From NCBI RefSeq assembly GCF_048403405.1, contig NZ_CP183129.1: a DNA stretch of 64,000 nucleotides. One strand, given 5' to 3'. The notes under the pieces are model-generated. The model saw nothing but the letters and a program-made list of their open reading frames with translations, searched no databases and had not been told where the DNA came from. The stretch's first letter is position 1. Each line of letters opens with the position of its first letter. A program made the translations under genes and the position numbers. Positions 1 through 11,660 of this stretch are shown here, in pieces. The stretch is from Escherichia coli. Lineage in GTDB: Bacteria > Pseudomonadota > Gammaproteobacteria > Enterobacterales > Enterobacteriaceae.

Positions 1-1919
1 CGCTCACGCTCCAGCAACTGTTGCAGATATTCAGTGACGTCCTGGCTGGAGGTGAACTCTTCGCCGCACTGTTCGCTCAACTGGTTGAGACTGTTTTGCG
101 CTGCCAGCCAAACCGGCGCACGCTGCATCAAACTCTGAATGCGAGACTGCAGCTGTTCCTGTTCCTGGCGCAGTGCCATGCGCTCTTCGCGGGCGTTAGA
201 CACGCTATCGGAAAGAGAGGCAATGCGTGCTTCCAGCTCCTGATGCAGAGCTTCCAGTTCATCAATATCAAAATTCTTGCCCTGACGTTTGCAGAAATCT
301 GCCAGCAGGCGTTCGGCTTCTTGCTGCTCGCGCAGACGCTGTTCCAGTTCGCTTAAGCGCATCCGCAACGGTTGAACCTGCTCTGCCAGGTGACGCTGAT
401 CGACCCCTTCGCGCAATAGTTCGCGAGCGACATCCCACGCCTCGTTACGCGCCAGCGGGCCATTAATTGCCACCACCAGCTGATAAGCCTGCTCAAACTG
501 GCTGTGTGCGGTTTGCGCCATGCTCATTTTCTGCTCAAGAGAGAGCATTTTTTCAGTCGCTTCCAGCTCTTTCGCCTGGAAGGTTTCCAGCCATTCGGCG
601 GCGCTGTCGGCGGTTAAGTCCGGCAGATGGCACAGTTCTTTGGCACGATTAAGCGCAGCAATCGCCTGGTTATACTGGATCGCGCGCGTTTGCTGGACGT
701 CCAGCGCCTGCTGATAGTCAGCAAGCTGGCTTTTCAGCTCGTCCACTTCCAGTTCGGCAGCTTCCGCACGAGCCTCGTTCTCTTCCTGGCGTTCGATGGC
801 TTCTGCCACCACTTCGTTTTGCTCTTCCAGACGGATCTGCAGCTCATCGAGATCCGCTTCGTAACGTTCGATCTTCTCCTGCTGACGCAGTGCGGTTTGC
901 ACCAGGTTCAGGTGATCGCTGGCCGCCTGATAATCCGCTTCCAGATCGCCTTCGGCACCGTTGTGCTCTGCCAGCTCACGCGCCATATCGACGTGTTTGT
1001 ACTGCTCAGCCGCCAGTTGCTGACGCGAAGTGTGTAGCTCGCGACGAAACTCCAGGGCTTTGTCGAGATGGACACGGCGCTCGTTGGCGTGACGCATGTA
1101 GTCCGCCGCCACGTAGTTGGTGGCTTCGCTGATCAGATGCTTAAACAGGTCACGGTCCGACTGGGTGACACGAATCGCTTCCAGCGTCATGCGGTTTTCG
1201 CGCAGCGCCGCTTCCATGTCCTGGAACGCTTTCCGCACGCCGCTGTTTTCCGGCAACAGGTAGTCGCGCAGAGAGCGCGTAATGGCGCTGGAGATCCCGC
1301 CGTACAGCGAAGCTTCGATCAGACGATAGAATTTGCTACGGTCAGACGCTGAGCGCAGACGACGCGCGATGATGCCCAGATCGAACATCAGCGAGTGGTA
1401 ATCGGTAATGGAGTTGAACTGCTTAAACTGCACGCCTTCCATCGCCTCGAGCTTGTCTTTCAGCTCGTTCAGCGGCAGTACACGCGCCTGGCGTTCGTTG
1501 AGGGTTTCGGTCACCAGCTGCGTCGGCAGCACCGACATCGGCAGGCCCTGAATGGCAAACGGTTTGATATCGACTTTACGATCGCGTCCGGCAACCTGTT
1601 GCAGACGCACACCGACCACCACACGCTGGTGGCGCGAGTTAATGGTGTCGAGCATCGAATAACAGACACCCGCTTTCAGCTTACCGTGCAGACCTTTATC
1701 GCGCGAACCGCTGGTGGCCCCGGCTTCCGTGGTGTTACGGAAATGCAGCAGGGTCAGGTCGGGGATCAGCGCCGTAACGAACGCCGCCATGGTGGTGGAT
1801 TTACCCGCCCCGTTACCGCCGGAGAGCGTCGTAACCAGCTCATCGAGGTCAAAAGTTCGGGCAAAAAAGCCGTTCCAGTTAATCAGCGTCAGTGAGCGAA
1901 ATTTACCGCGTTCAATCAT
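1..1919 (-). CDS. mukB: MukB chromosome partition protein (SMC-like), N-terminal ~639 codons; remainder lies beyond the left edge
   Basis: The minus-strand frame is open from ATG 1919-1917 to the window edge, so it is truncated and absent from the ORF track. My reverse-complement translation starts [19 protein letters not shown]. It contains Walker [12 protein letters not shown] (~1790-1822) and ends in-window with ...[20 protein letters not shown]. The ATG overlaps the mukE stop (TAATG). The mukF-mukE-mukB synteny supports the call. Confidence 0.95.
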   Translation of the reverse strand, partial: MIERGKFRSLTLINWNGFFARTFDLDELVTTLSGGNGAGKSTTMAAFVTALIPDLTLLHFRNTTEAGATSGSRDKGLHGKLKAGVCYSMLDTINSRHQRVVVGVRLQQVAGRDRKVDIKPFAIQGLPMSVLPTQLVTETLNERQARVLPLNELKDKLEAMEGVQFKQFNSITDYHSLMFDLGIIARRLRSASDRSKFYRLIEASLYGGISSAITRSLRDYLLPENSGVRKAFQDMEAALRENRMTLEAIRVTQSDRDLFKHLISEATNYVAADYMRHANERRVHLDKALEFRRELHTSRQQLAAEQYKHVDMARELAEHNGAEGDLEADYQAASDHLNLVQTALRQQEKIERYEADLDELQIRLEEQNEVVAEAIERQEENEARAEAAELEVDELKSQLADYQQALDVQQTRAIQYNQAIAALNRAKELCHLPDLTADSAAEWLETFQAKELEATEKMLSLEQKMSMAQTAHSQFEQAYQLVVAINGPLARNEAWDVARELLREGVDQRHLAEQVQPLRMRLSELEQRLREQQEAERLLADFCKRQGKNFDIDELEALHQELEARIASLSDSVSNAREERMALRQEQEQLQSRIQSLMQRAPVWLAAQNSLNQLSEQCGEEFTSSQDVTEYLQQLLERE

Positions 1920-2623
1920 TATTCTTCCTCTCCGCTATCTGGCTGACTCTCTTCGGTTTCATCGTTGAGTTGCAGATGATTTTCAATCGGCATTGCTTCG
2001 CCATCACGAATCAGGCGACGCTGTGCTTCACGGGGATCGTCGCCAGCACGCACATCGGCTCCGAAGCGGAACACCGATTCGGTAATGCGGAACTTGCTGC
2101 TGTCGTGGCCCATAAACCACACCATGCCCAAACGACGCAGACGGTTGAGCGAAGAACGTACTTTCTCCTGCAACTTCTGCCGGTCAACGTCTGAACCGGT
2201 TGAACGGTTGTTCACCAGTTTCAGCAGTTTCGCTTCATCGGCCAGGGTGAGCAGTTCGTCGTACAGTTCCTGTTGAGTAAAAATCCCCTCATTCGCCAGC
2301 CGTTCCGGGCTGAGATAGAGATAACAGAGGATTTTCCCGACCATCATATCCAGTTCCGACAAGACAGAACGAGGGATCAGCGTGGTGGAACGTGGGCGTA
2401 AATAGAAGAACCCTTCCGGTGCACGAATAAGCTCAACGTTATAACGCGCGTAAAACTCTTCCAGATATTCCTGAAAATCCATCAGGAATGCATGATTATC
2501 CAGTTCGTCGAGGCCAATATGGCGGCCTGAACGTAAGGCGCTATCCAGCGCCGGAAATAACGGATTCGCCAGCGCCTGCGCCAGCTTAACCGGCATCACT
2601 TGTTCAATATTTGTCGATGACAT
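1919..2623 (-). CDS. mukE: MukE chromosome partition protein
   Basis: ORF 1919..2650 was trimmed to the Met giving [23 protein letters not shown] (234 aa). It has an acidic C-terminal tail and overlaps the mukF 3' end. Recognised as E. coli MukE; the exact start is less certain. Confidence 0.9.
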
Positions 2624-3926
2624 GCGCCTGTACCTTGGCTCCGTAATCATTAATCGGCTGCCATTTCGCTGGCAGTCCGGTGAAATCTGCTTGCGCTACG
2701 CCAAGACGTACCGCCTGATCAATAACAATGCGCGCAACGTCAAAGTGACGTGCACGCGGATACTGTGACAGATATTCGCGTACCACCAGACCAAGATCCA
2801 GCGGCACTTGTCTGGTTTTGTACACGGCGAGTTGTTCTTCGATGATCGCCGCCAGCTGTTCGCGGATCTCGTTAAACTCTTCGTATTCCAGATCCTCAGG
2901 AAGTTCCCCAGTCACTTCTTCATCGCGCAGTGCCATCTCTTCGTCACGCATATCCAGCAGACGATCGGCATTGGCATAAGTTAGCGCCCACGGCTCATCA
3001 AAATAGGTTTGTACCGACTGACGTAACCGCTGAGCAAAGACACGGTTTTTATCCATATCGATAGCGGTACGGATAAATTTATGTACGTGGCGGTCGTAGC
3101 CAATCCACAAATCGATGGATTGCTGGCCCCAGCTGATAATACGGTCAAGTTTGCTCTGCAGATCGAATACCAGACGATCGACAAAATGCAGATCGTCATG
3201 GGTCATCGTCGCATCCTGAATGCGCAACAGATTAGCCTGCAATTTGTCGCCTGCCGCTTCCAGCGTATCCTGCAATTCACGCAGCGTTCCGGAAGTTTCC
3301 GAAAGCAACAATTCACAGCTGGAGATCGCCGCCCGCCAGTCTTTGTTCAGCAACTGGGCGATATCGTCCTTCACCTGCTGCTGCTGTTCGTCCATCAGAC
3401 GTTGCGTCAGGTCGATACTGTCGAAAATTTCTGCTACCGAATATTTCAGTGGCGCATAAACATTACGGTGCCAGTGAAATTCATCACCGCCCTCTTCGGC
3501 GGCATCTGCCGCGCGTTTGAGCTCACCCGCCACAATCGACAACTGCATAGAAAGGCGCAGCGTAGAAAACTCGCGCTGACGGATGTAATAGTCAGTAATG
3601 CCGATGCCGAGCGGCGTCAGACGGTAAATTGCGTTCCCTTCCGCCTGCTCGCTGGTAAAGCGGTTCAGCAGACGTTGACGCACCATGTCGTTGATCGCGT
3701 TGTTGGCGCGCACGCCGATGGTTTCGCTGGTTTGCTCAAACGCATCACTCACATGGCGGAATGCATCCACCAGCTCGCCTTCACTCATCTCACCATCCAG
3801 ACGCTCGCCGTTCAGCGTGGCAACCGCCAGCAGAAAAGAGAGTCGGTCTACCGGCAGCGAGATGGAGAAGTCATTTTTTCTGGCCCAGGCAACCAGTTCG
3901 GGGACTGTCTGGGAAAATTCACTCAT
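2604..3926 (-). CDS. mukF: MukF kleisin-like chromosome partition protein
   Basis: 440-aa [36 protein letters not shown]... The ATG overlaps the cmoM stop (ATGA, 3923-3926). Recognised as E. coli MukF. Confidence 0.95.
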
Positions 3927-4708
3927 ACTTTATCCTTGCTCTGCGGTTTGCGCGCGGTGACATGAATATAACGCCCCAGGGTAATATACGGTTCCTGACG
4001 GCAATAACGCGTTTCTAATTCAAGTAATGCTTCATAGCAGTCGCGCTGCTGGTGCTTCTCGCGCAGATAATCATGAAACACGCGAACGCCTGTCTTACCC
4101 ATAATTTGCCAACCAGCTTCTTCCAGCCACAGATAAACCTGCGCCGGGTCGCGTGGATAATCTGGCGAAAGCGTCCGTTTTTTCTTTTTCGGCATTCCCG
4201 CCTGCACGTAATCAAAATTCCCGGCGACCATGTTATGCATCAGCAAGCCGTGCGCATTGTAGAACATTAACGACAACACACCGCCTGGACGCAACACTGA
4301 CCACAGGGTCTGTAATACGCTGCGGGGATCGGCCACCCACTCGAGCACCGCATGGAACAATATCAGATCAACGGGCGTTTCCAAATGCGAAGCAACATCC
4401 TGAGCGGCGCAATGTATAAATTGCATGTTGTCGCTCACACCTTTTGCTTCTGCCGCCTGTTTTGCGCGGTCGATCATCTGCGCAGAAAGATCGCATAAAA
4501 TGACCTGATGCCCACGCTCGGCCATTTTGATTGCGGTCTGCCCTTCTCCACCGCCAGCATCCAGCACACGCAGTTTTTGCGGGCCCATTTCCGCCAGCAC
4601 GCGATCGAGATCCTGCCACAGAATAGCCTGTCGAAGCTGCCCTTTGGTGGTGCCGTAAATGTTACGGGAAAACTTTTCCGCAATATCATCAAAATTGCGA
4701 TCCTGCAT
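3923..4708 (-). CDS. cmoM: SAM-dependent tRNA cmo5U methyltransferase (SmtA/CmoM)
   Basis: ORF 3923..4720 was trimmed to [19 protein letters not shown] (261 aa). It carries the SAM-binding motif VLDAGGGEG and lies upstream of mukFEB as in E. coli. Confidence 0.9.
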
Positions 4709-4843
4709 TGCTTTCTCCACCGGTTGGCTAAGACGTTTTCTGATAAAGACGCTATTTTGTCACAGCCACGGCGAGAATGAACCCGTCTGGTGTAATATCG
4801 CTGGCGATCCCTTGCTATATGGTTAAAAAAGGAACCAGAAAGG

Positions 4844-5623
4844 ATGCTTTTTACACTGAAAAAAGTGATTGGCAATATGTTGCTGCCACTTCCGCTGATG
4901 TTGTTGATTATTGGCGCTGGCCTGGCGCTGCTGTGGTTTAGCCGTTTTCAAAAAACCGGGAAGATTTTTATTAGCATTGGGTGGCTGGCGCTCTTGTTAT
5001 TGAGTTTGCAACCGGTAGCCGACCGCCTGCTGCGTCCCATCGAAAGCACCTATCCGACATGGAATAATTCGCAAAAAGTGGACTATATCGTGGTGCTCGG
5101 AGGTGGTTATACCTGGAACCCGCAGTGGGCACCAAGCTCGAATTTAATCAATAACAGTCTGCCCCGCCTGAATGAAGGTATTCGCTTATGGCGCGAAAAT
5201 CCGGGATCAAAACTGATCTTCACGGGAGGCGTAGCAAAAACCAATACGGTGAGTACAGCCGAAGTAGGTGCCCGAGTTGCGCAATCGCTGGGCGTGCCGC
5301 GCGAGCAAATTATCACTCTGGATTTGCCAAAAGATACCGAAGAAGAAGCTGCGGCAGTGAAACAGGCGATTGGTGACGCCCCTTTCCTGCTGGTGACATC
5401 CGCGTCTCATTTGCCGCGGGCGATGATCTTTTTTCAGCAGGAAGGGTTAAATCCGCTGCCAGCCCCGGCGAATCAGTTGGCCATCGACTCGCCGCTTAAC
5501 CCGTGGGAACGGGCAATCCCTTCTCCGGTCTGGTTGATGCATAGCGATCGTGTTGGCTATGAAACGCTTGGCCGTATCTGGCAGTGGCTAAAAAGTTCGT
5601 CAGACGAGCCACGGCAAGAGTGA
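4844..5623 (+). CDS. elyC: Envelope biogenesis factor ElyC (YcbC), DUF218 membrane protein
   Basis: 259-aa ORF with N-terminal hydrophobic segments (LLPLPLMLLIIGAGLALLWF, IGWLALLLLSL) followed by a DUF218-like body. Its position between cmoM and ycbJ fits. Confidence 0.9.
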   Translation: MLFTLKKVIGNMLLPLPLMLLIIGAGLALLWFSRFQKTGKIFISIGWLALLLLSLQPVADRLLRPIESTYPTWNNSQKVDYIVVLGGGYTWNPQWAPSSNLINNSLPRLNEGIRLWRENPGSKLIFTGGVAKTNTVSTAEVGARVAQSLGVPREQIITLDLPKDTEEEAAAVKQAIGDAPFLLVTSASHLPRAMIFFQQEGLNPLPAPANQLAIDSPLNPWERAIPSPVWLMHSDRVGYETLGRIWQWLKSSSDEPRQE

Positions 5624-6493
5624 TTTTGATGCCAGATCGAAGTTGCGCCGACTAAATCGTCCGGTATTAACCAGTTGCGCAACTTCATCCCATAACACAT
5701 ACAACCAACGCCGCCAGATGAATGACTCCGCCACTGGCGCGCGTTGCAGGTAACTCCAGAGCAAATCTTCCGCCAGAGAATTATCCATTAGTCGGAACAG
5801 TTCGTATTCTCGCGGTGCCCAAAGCATTAGTCCCGGCCCGACCATCGCCAGTAACTGATCGCTGCGCGAATCTTTCAGCATGCTGCGTAAACAGAAGTTA
5901 CCGTGAATCAGCACACAATTGTCGTTAAAGCCTTCAAATAATGCCGGGAGACATTCGCGAGTACGAAACAGGATCCGCTTATCCTGCATCGTTAGCCCGG
6001 TGTTATTGAACTGATTGAGCGTAGTCCATAGCACTTCAACATGTTGCCGGTACCATGAGGGCCAGAAATTTTCCTGAGTATTGTCGACCGCGCCGACGCA
6101 ACCGCGACTGTCCTGACGGTGCCAGGCCAGTAAGGCTTCAACGATTTGATCTTTGAGTTGTTCCCAGCGTTCTGGTGTTCGGGCTGGTGCCTCCACCGAA
6201 ACACCACGCATCCGCTCCAGTAGCAGGACATCGGGGCCGGGGTGTTCTTCATGCGTCATCACACCATAAATAGTCGGCATACGGACAGTTCCACTTCTTG
6301 CCAGCATGGTGGTTTTCCATGCCAGTTGTCGGGCTTTTCCGGGCGTACTAAAGCTTCTTGCCATTAACGGCATTGGGTTTCCCTGGCTGTCATACAAAGC
6401 CCACAACGCCGTATCCGCTTTTTCATTGACGCACTCAATACGACTGAGTTTTTCGCCCAGTAAATGGCTTAATTCGGCACGCAGCTGTTCCAT
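5600..6493 (-). CDS. ycbJ: YcbJ, putative phosphotransferase/kinase-like protein
   Basis: 297-aa ORF MEQLRAELSHLLGEKLSRIECVNEK... Its 3' end is convergent with and overlaps elyC. Recognised by sequence and synteny. Confidence 0.85.
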   Translation of the reverse strand: MEQLRAELSHLLGEKLSRIECVNEKADTALWALYDSQGNPMPLMARSFSTPGKARQLAWKTTMLARSGTVRMPTIYGVMTHEEHPGPDVLLLERMRGVSVEAPARTPERWEQLKDQIVEALLAWHRQDSRGCVGAVDNTQENFWPSWYRQHVEVLWTTLNQFNNTGLTMQDKRILFRTRECLPALFEGFNDNCVLIHGNFCLRSMLKDSRSDQLLAMVGPGLMLWAPREYELFRLMDNSLAEDLLWSYLQRAPVAESFIWRRWLYVLWDEVAQLVNTGRFSRRNFDLASKSLLPWLV

Positions 6494-6603
6494 TCAGATT
6501 ACCCTCATAAAAGCTACTGCTTTCATAATGAGCGCCAATATAAAAGATGTCACCTGAATGAGATCAATTGTTGAAAAGAAAAATTGAGGAAAATCGTAAC
6601 GGT

Positions 6604-6637
6604 ACGACACTCCTCCCAAAATTGGCTGGAGTGTCGT
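6604..6637 (-). terminator. Stem-loop immediately downstream of kdsB (possible terminator)
   Basis: Perfect 10-bp inverted repeat acgacactcc (6604..6613) / ggagtgtcgt (6628..6637), 10 nt after the kdsB stop. There is no clear U-tract, so confidence is low. Confidence 0.35.
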
Positions 6638-6646
6638 GAAGTGAAA

Positions 6647-7572
<926 letters not shown>

Positions 7573-7623
7573 AGTTCCTCCAGATGGATCGGGTTATGAA
7601 TGCATAAATCTTATCATAATCAT

Positions 7624-8856
7624 TTATGCGACGGGGTCTATTTCCCAGCCGGTGCGGCAATCAGTAAAGAGGCCTTGCGGGCAGCGTCCTAATGTCACCC
7701 GCGTTGCCTGCTGCCAGTTAGCGAAATCAGTAATCGCCTGACGTAACCCTTTTTGCAGCGTTGTCGTTGGTTTAATGCCTTCTTGTAACCACAGAGAGAT
7801 AACTTCAAGGATGCCTGTCTGGCGATGCATTTTGGCATCCATTCGCCCAACTAATTGCCCACGATGTAATAACGGCAGAACAAAATAGCCATACTGGCGT
7901 TTCGGCGCTGGGGTATAGCACTCCAGCCGGTAGCTAAAATCAAAAAGCTGCTCTGCGCGTTTGCGATCCCAGACAACAGGATCAAAAGGCGAAAGTACCG
8001 CGCTGTGCGTTGCAGTGAGCTTTCCGGCCAGCGCACGCTCGAGTAGCGGCAGCAAATCAGCATGCAGCCAAAGATTGCCCAATTTTTCAACATGCACAGC
8101 AATGATTTGCTGCTGTTCAGCCCTCGCTTCGCGCCAAACCGCCAGTGCCGGACGTTTCAGCCGATAGTAATCTGCCAGCCACTGTTCGCGGAATATGCCA
8201 AGGCTACGCGCACTGTTATCCAGCATGATGATTTCTGCTTCTGTTTGCGAAACGAGATCGCGCTCATCATCCCAGTCAGGCATGACACGATGGGTTAAAT
8301 CATAAACGCGCTGGAAGTTGCGCCGTTCAATCACCATCACTTTCCCGGCAGTAAATAAACCTTCCAGATGCCGTTTATGCGGCTTCCATTCCCACCAGCC
8401 GCTTGCACCTTTACGAGGATGCTCAAAATCGGCTGAACGTACCGGCCCCTTATCATGAATATGCTGAATTAACTGTGCAATTTCCGCCGCATGTTCCTGC
8501 ATCCAGGCGTCTTTGTATTTCCAGCCCATTTTTTCAGGTGCCAGCATGCGGTGGCGAATAAGACGAAAGTCGCTACGCGGCATAAAGCAGGCTTCATGCG
8601 CCCAGTATTCCATTAATTCGCCACGCGCCAGAGACTCATCCAGCCACTGGGCAGGATAATTTCCCAGACGACTGAAAAGCACCAGATATGGACTACGGGC
8701 AACAATATTAATGGTATCGATTTGCAGCAAGGACATTCGGGAGATCGTTGCCGGAATATCCTCCAACGACGCTCGACGGCGGGGTTTGTTTAACAGGCCT
8801 TGCGCGGCGAGGTGAAGATTACGCGCATCAGCAAGAGAGAGGTGCGGCAGCGACAT
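7624..8856 (-). CDS. ycaQ: YcaQ, winged-helix DNA glycosylase family protein
   Basis: 410-aa ORF MSLPHLSLADARNLHLAAQGLLNKP... Synteny between lpxK and ycaR supports the call. Confidence 0.9.
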   Translation of the reverse strand: MSLPHLSLADARNLHLAAQGLLNKPRRRASLEDIPATISRMSLLQIDTINIVARSPYLVLFSRLGNYPAQWLDESLARGELMEYWAHEACFMPRSDFRLIRHRMLAPEKMGWKYKDAWMQEHAAEIAQLIQHIHDKGPVRSADFEHPRKGASGWWEWKPHKRHLEGLFTAGKVMVIERRNFQRVYDLTHRVMPDWDDERDLVSQTEAEIIMLDNSARSLGIFREQWLADYYRLKRPALAVWREARAEQQQIIAVHVEKLGNLWLHADLLPLLERALAGKLTATHSAVLSPFDPVVWDRKRAEQLFDFSYRLECYTPAPKRQYGYFVLPLLHRGQLVGRMDAKMHRQTGILEVISLWLQEGIKPTTTLQKGLRQAITDFANWQQATRVTLGRCPQGLFTDCRTGWEIDPVA

Positions 8857-8892
8857 TCATGACTCCATCAATCGAACGCTGCCGCGGCGTAA

Positions 8893-9879
8893 CTAGTTGC
8901 CAGAAGCCAGCGAGGTTAGTTGCGCAAGCAGTTTCGCTGGTTCATCACCTGAAAGCTGTGCGTCTACAGGCAAATACCACCAATTTTCTTCTGCAAAGGC
9001 CCGGCATTTCACCGCATCTTTTTCAGTCATTACCAGCGTTTGCCCGGCGTTTACCAACGCACTAACATCCGCATGGTTCAAAGACTGATGATCGGCCAGT
9101 GGTACACATTTTTCCGGTTGTACGCCGCACATCTTCAGCGTGGCAAAAAAGCGCGGCGGATGCCCAATCCCTGCCATCGCCACCACATGTTCAAGCTGAG
9201 CAACGTCACAACGCATACCGGTACGCAAATTCACCGCCTGACCCGGCAGCAGATGCATGGGGATTTCACCGCTGCGTGGGACACCGCCGTTGACGATTAC
9301 CGCATCAACCGACTTTAAGCGCCCCGCTCGCTCACGCATTGGCCCCGCCGGCAACCACCAGCCATTGCCAAAGCGACGCACACCATCAATAACGACGATT
9401 TCCATATCACGCGCCAGACGATAATGCTGTAAACCGTCGTCGGTTACGATGATCTGCACATCAGGGTGTTGCGCCAGAATGGCTTTTACCGCATCAGAAC
9501 GCACGGGAGAAACCGCAACAGGCGCATCAGTGCGTTGATAAATCAACACAGGTTCATCACCCGCCTGTGCTGTGGTGGTATCTGCCGACAATAACAGCGG
9601 ATAAGATTCAGCCTTACCACCATATCCCCGCGATACGACCCCCACGCGAATACCGCGCTGTTGCAGCTGTTCCACCAGCCAGATAACGACCGGGGTTTTT
9701 CCGTTGCCGCCTGCGGTGAGATTACCAACCACGACAACCGGTACGGGGGCACGCCAGGCGCGCTTCAGTTTTAGTTTATAGCAAAGACGGATCGCGCCAC
9801 TCACCAGGCCATACAACCAGGAGAGTGGCAGCAATAGCCGCCACAAAGGGGATTCACCAGACCAGATTTTTTCGATCAT
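8893..9879 (-). CDS. lpxK: Tetraacyldisaccharide 4'-kinase (lipid A biosynthesis)
   Basis: 328-aa ORF with P-loop [12 protein letters not shown]. Its start overlaps the msbA stop (9876-9879). Confidence 0.95.
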   Translation of the reverse strand: MIEKIWSGESPLWRLLLPLSWLYGLVSGAIRLCYKLKLKRAWRAPVPVVVVGNLTAGGNGKTPVVIWLVEQLQQRGIRVGVVSRGYGGKAESYPLLLSADTTTAQAGDEPVLIYQRTDAPVAVSPVRSDAVKAILAQHPDVQIIVTDDGLQHYRLARDMEIVVIDGVRRFGNGWWLPAGPMRERAGRLKSVDAVIVNGGVPRSGEIPMHLLPGQAVNLRTGMRCDVAQLEHVVAMAGIGHPPRFFATLKMCGVQPEKCVPLADHQSLNHADVSALVNAGQTLVMTEKDAVKCRAFAEENWWYLPVDAQLSGDEPAKLLAQLTSLASGN

Positions 9880-11624
9880 TGACCAAACTGCATTTTGTGA
9901 AGTTGCGCGTAAACGCCACGGTGCTCAAGCAAATCGTTATGCGTACCGCGTTCCACAATGACACCATCCTCGACGACCACGATTTCGTCTGCCTTTTCAA
10001 TGGTAGACAAGCGGTGGGCAATCACCAGAGAGGTACGGTTTTTCTGCAACTCATCCAGTGCCGCCTGAATCGCACGTTCGGATTCGGTATCCAACGCCGA
10101 GGTAGCTTCGTCCAGAATCAGAATCGGGCTATCACGCAACAAGGCTCGAGCGATAGCAATACGCTGACGCTGACCGCCAGAGAGCAGCACGCCGTTTTCA
10201 CCAATCACTGTATCGAGACCGTTATCCATCTTATTGATGAAGTCCATGGCGTAGGCCATACGCGCCGCTTCTTCAATTTGCTCACGGCTGTACTGTTCAG
10301 TCCGTGCGTAAGCAATGTTGTTAGCAACCGTATCGTTAAACAGATGGACATTCTGCGACACCAGAGCAACCTGGTTACGTAACGACGCCAGGGTATACTC
10401 GCGCAGATCGTGACCATCCATCAGAATTTCGCCTTCATCAATATCGTAAAAACGCGTGATCAGGCTGGCGATGGTTGATTTACCCGAACCAGAGCGTCCA
10501 ACCAGAGCAACCGTCTTCCCTGCCGGAATTTTCAGGTTGATGTTACGCAATGCGGGTACGTCACGTCCCGGATAAGTAAAGGTGACATTGCGGAATTCCA
10601 CGTCGCCAGTCGCACGCTCGATCACGCGCTTACCTTCGTCTTTCTCCTGCTCACTGTCCAGAATGGTAAACAGCGTCTGACAAGCCGCCATACCGCGCTG
10701 GAACTGGGCGTTAACGTTGGTCAGCGATTTCAGCGGACGCATCAGTGCAATCATTGAAGAGAAAACAACGGTAATCGTACCGGCAGTCAGGTTATCCATA
10801 ACACTTGGGAAGCTCGCCGCATACAGAACAAACGCCAGCGCCAAAGAGGCGATCAGCTGAATGATCGGATCAGAGATGGAAGAGGCTGAAACCATTTTCA
10901 TCCCCTGAAGACGCATTCGGTTACTGACTTTATCGAAGCGTTTCGTTTCCACTTCCTGACCACCGAAAATCAATACTTCTTTGTGGCCCTTCAGCATTTG
11001 TTCTGCGCTGGTGGTTACCTGCCCCATGGTGTTCTGCATGTTTTTACTGATATTGCGAAAACGCTTCGATACAACGCGAATCGCAATCGAAACAATCGGT
11101 GCCAGCACAATCAAAATGATCGACAGTTGCCAACTGTAATAGAACATCATGATGAACAGGCCGATGATCGACGCACCTTCACGCACAACAGTAATCAGTG
11201 CGCCGGAAGAGGAAGAAGCAACCTGTTCGGAATCGTAGGTGATACGTGACAACAGCGTACCCGTTGACTGTTTGTCAAAGAATGAAACCGGCATTCCCAT
11301 CATGTGACCAAACAGGCGGCGACGCATGGTCATTACCACCTTTCCTGATACCCAGGAGATACAGTAGCTGGAGACATAGCTGGTGATACCACGTAAAATC
11401 ATCAGCCCGATCACCACCAGCGGCATCCACACCAGCACGGAGCGATCTGTTTTACCAAAGCCATCATCAAGAAGTGGCTTAAGGAGCGATAACATGAAGG
11501 TATCGCTGGCTGCGTTGAGGATTAACGCTACGCCCGCCACGATCAGACCCGCTTTGAAAGGCGCAATGGTTGGCCACAGTCGGCGGAATGTCTGCCACGT
11601 AGAGAGATCTTTGTCGTTATGCAT
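9876..11624 (-). CDS. msbA: Lipid A/LPS flippase, ABC transporter MsbA
   Basis: 582-aa ORF with an N-terminal 6-TM domain, Walker [13 protein letters not shown] signature LSGGQRQR and Walker [10 protein letters not shown]. Confidence 0.97.
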   Translation of the reverse strand: MHNDKDLSTWQTFRRLWPTIAPFKAGLIVAGVALILNAASDTFMLSLLKPLLDDGFGKTDRSVLVWMPLVVIGLMILRGITSYVSSYCISWVSGKVVMTMRRRLFGHMMGMPVSFFDKQSTGTLLSRITYDSEQVASSSSGALITVVREGASIIGLFIMMFYYSWQLSIILIVLAPIVSIAIRVVSKRFRNISKNMQNTMGQVTTSAEQMLKGHKEVLIFGGQEVETKRFDKVSNRMRLQGMKMVSASSISDPIIQLIASLALAFVLYAASFPSVMDNLTAGTITVVFSSMIALMRPLKSLTNVNAQFQRGMAACQTLFTILDSEQEKDEGKRVIERATGDVEFRNVTFTYPGRDVPALRNINLKIPAGKTVALVGRSGSGKSTIASLITRFYDIDEGEILMDGHDLREYTLASLRNQVALVSQNVHLFNDTVANNIAYARTEQYSREQIEEAARMAYAMDFINKMDNGLDTVIGENGVLLSGGQRQRIAIARALLRDSPILILDEATSALDTESERAIQAALDELQKNRTSLVIAHRLSTIEKADEIVVVEDGVIVERGTHNDLLEHRGVYAQLHKMQFGQ

Positions 11625-11660
11625 TCAAAAAACCAGCATTTGTTGAAATAGCCGCATATT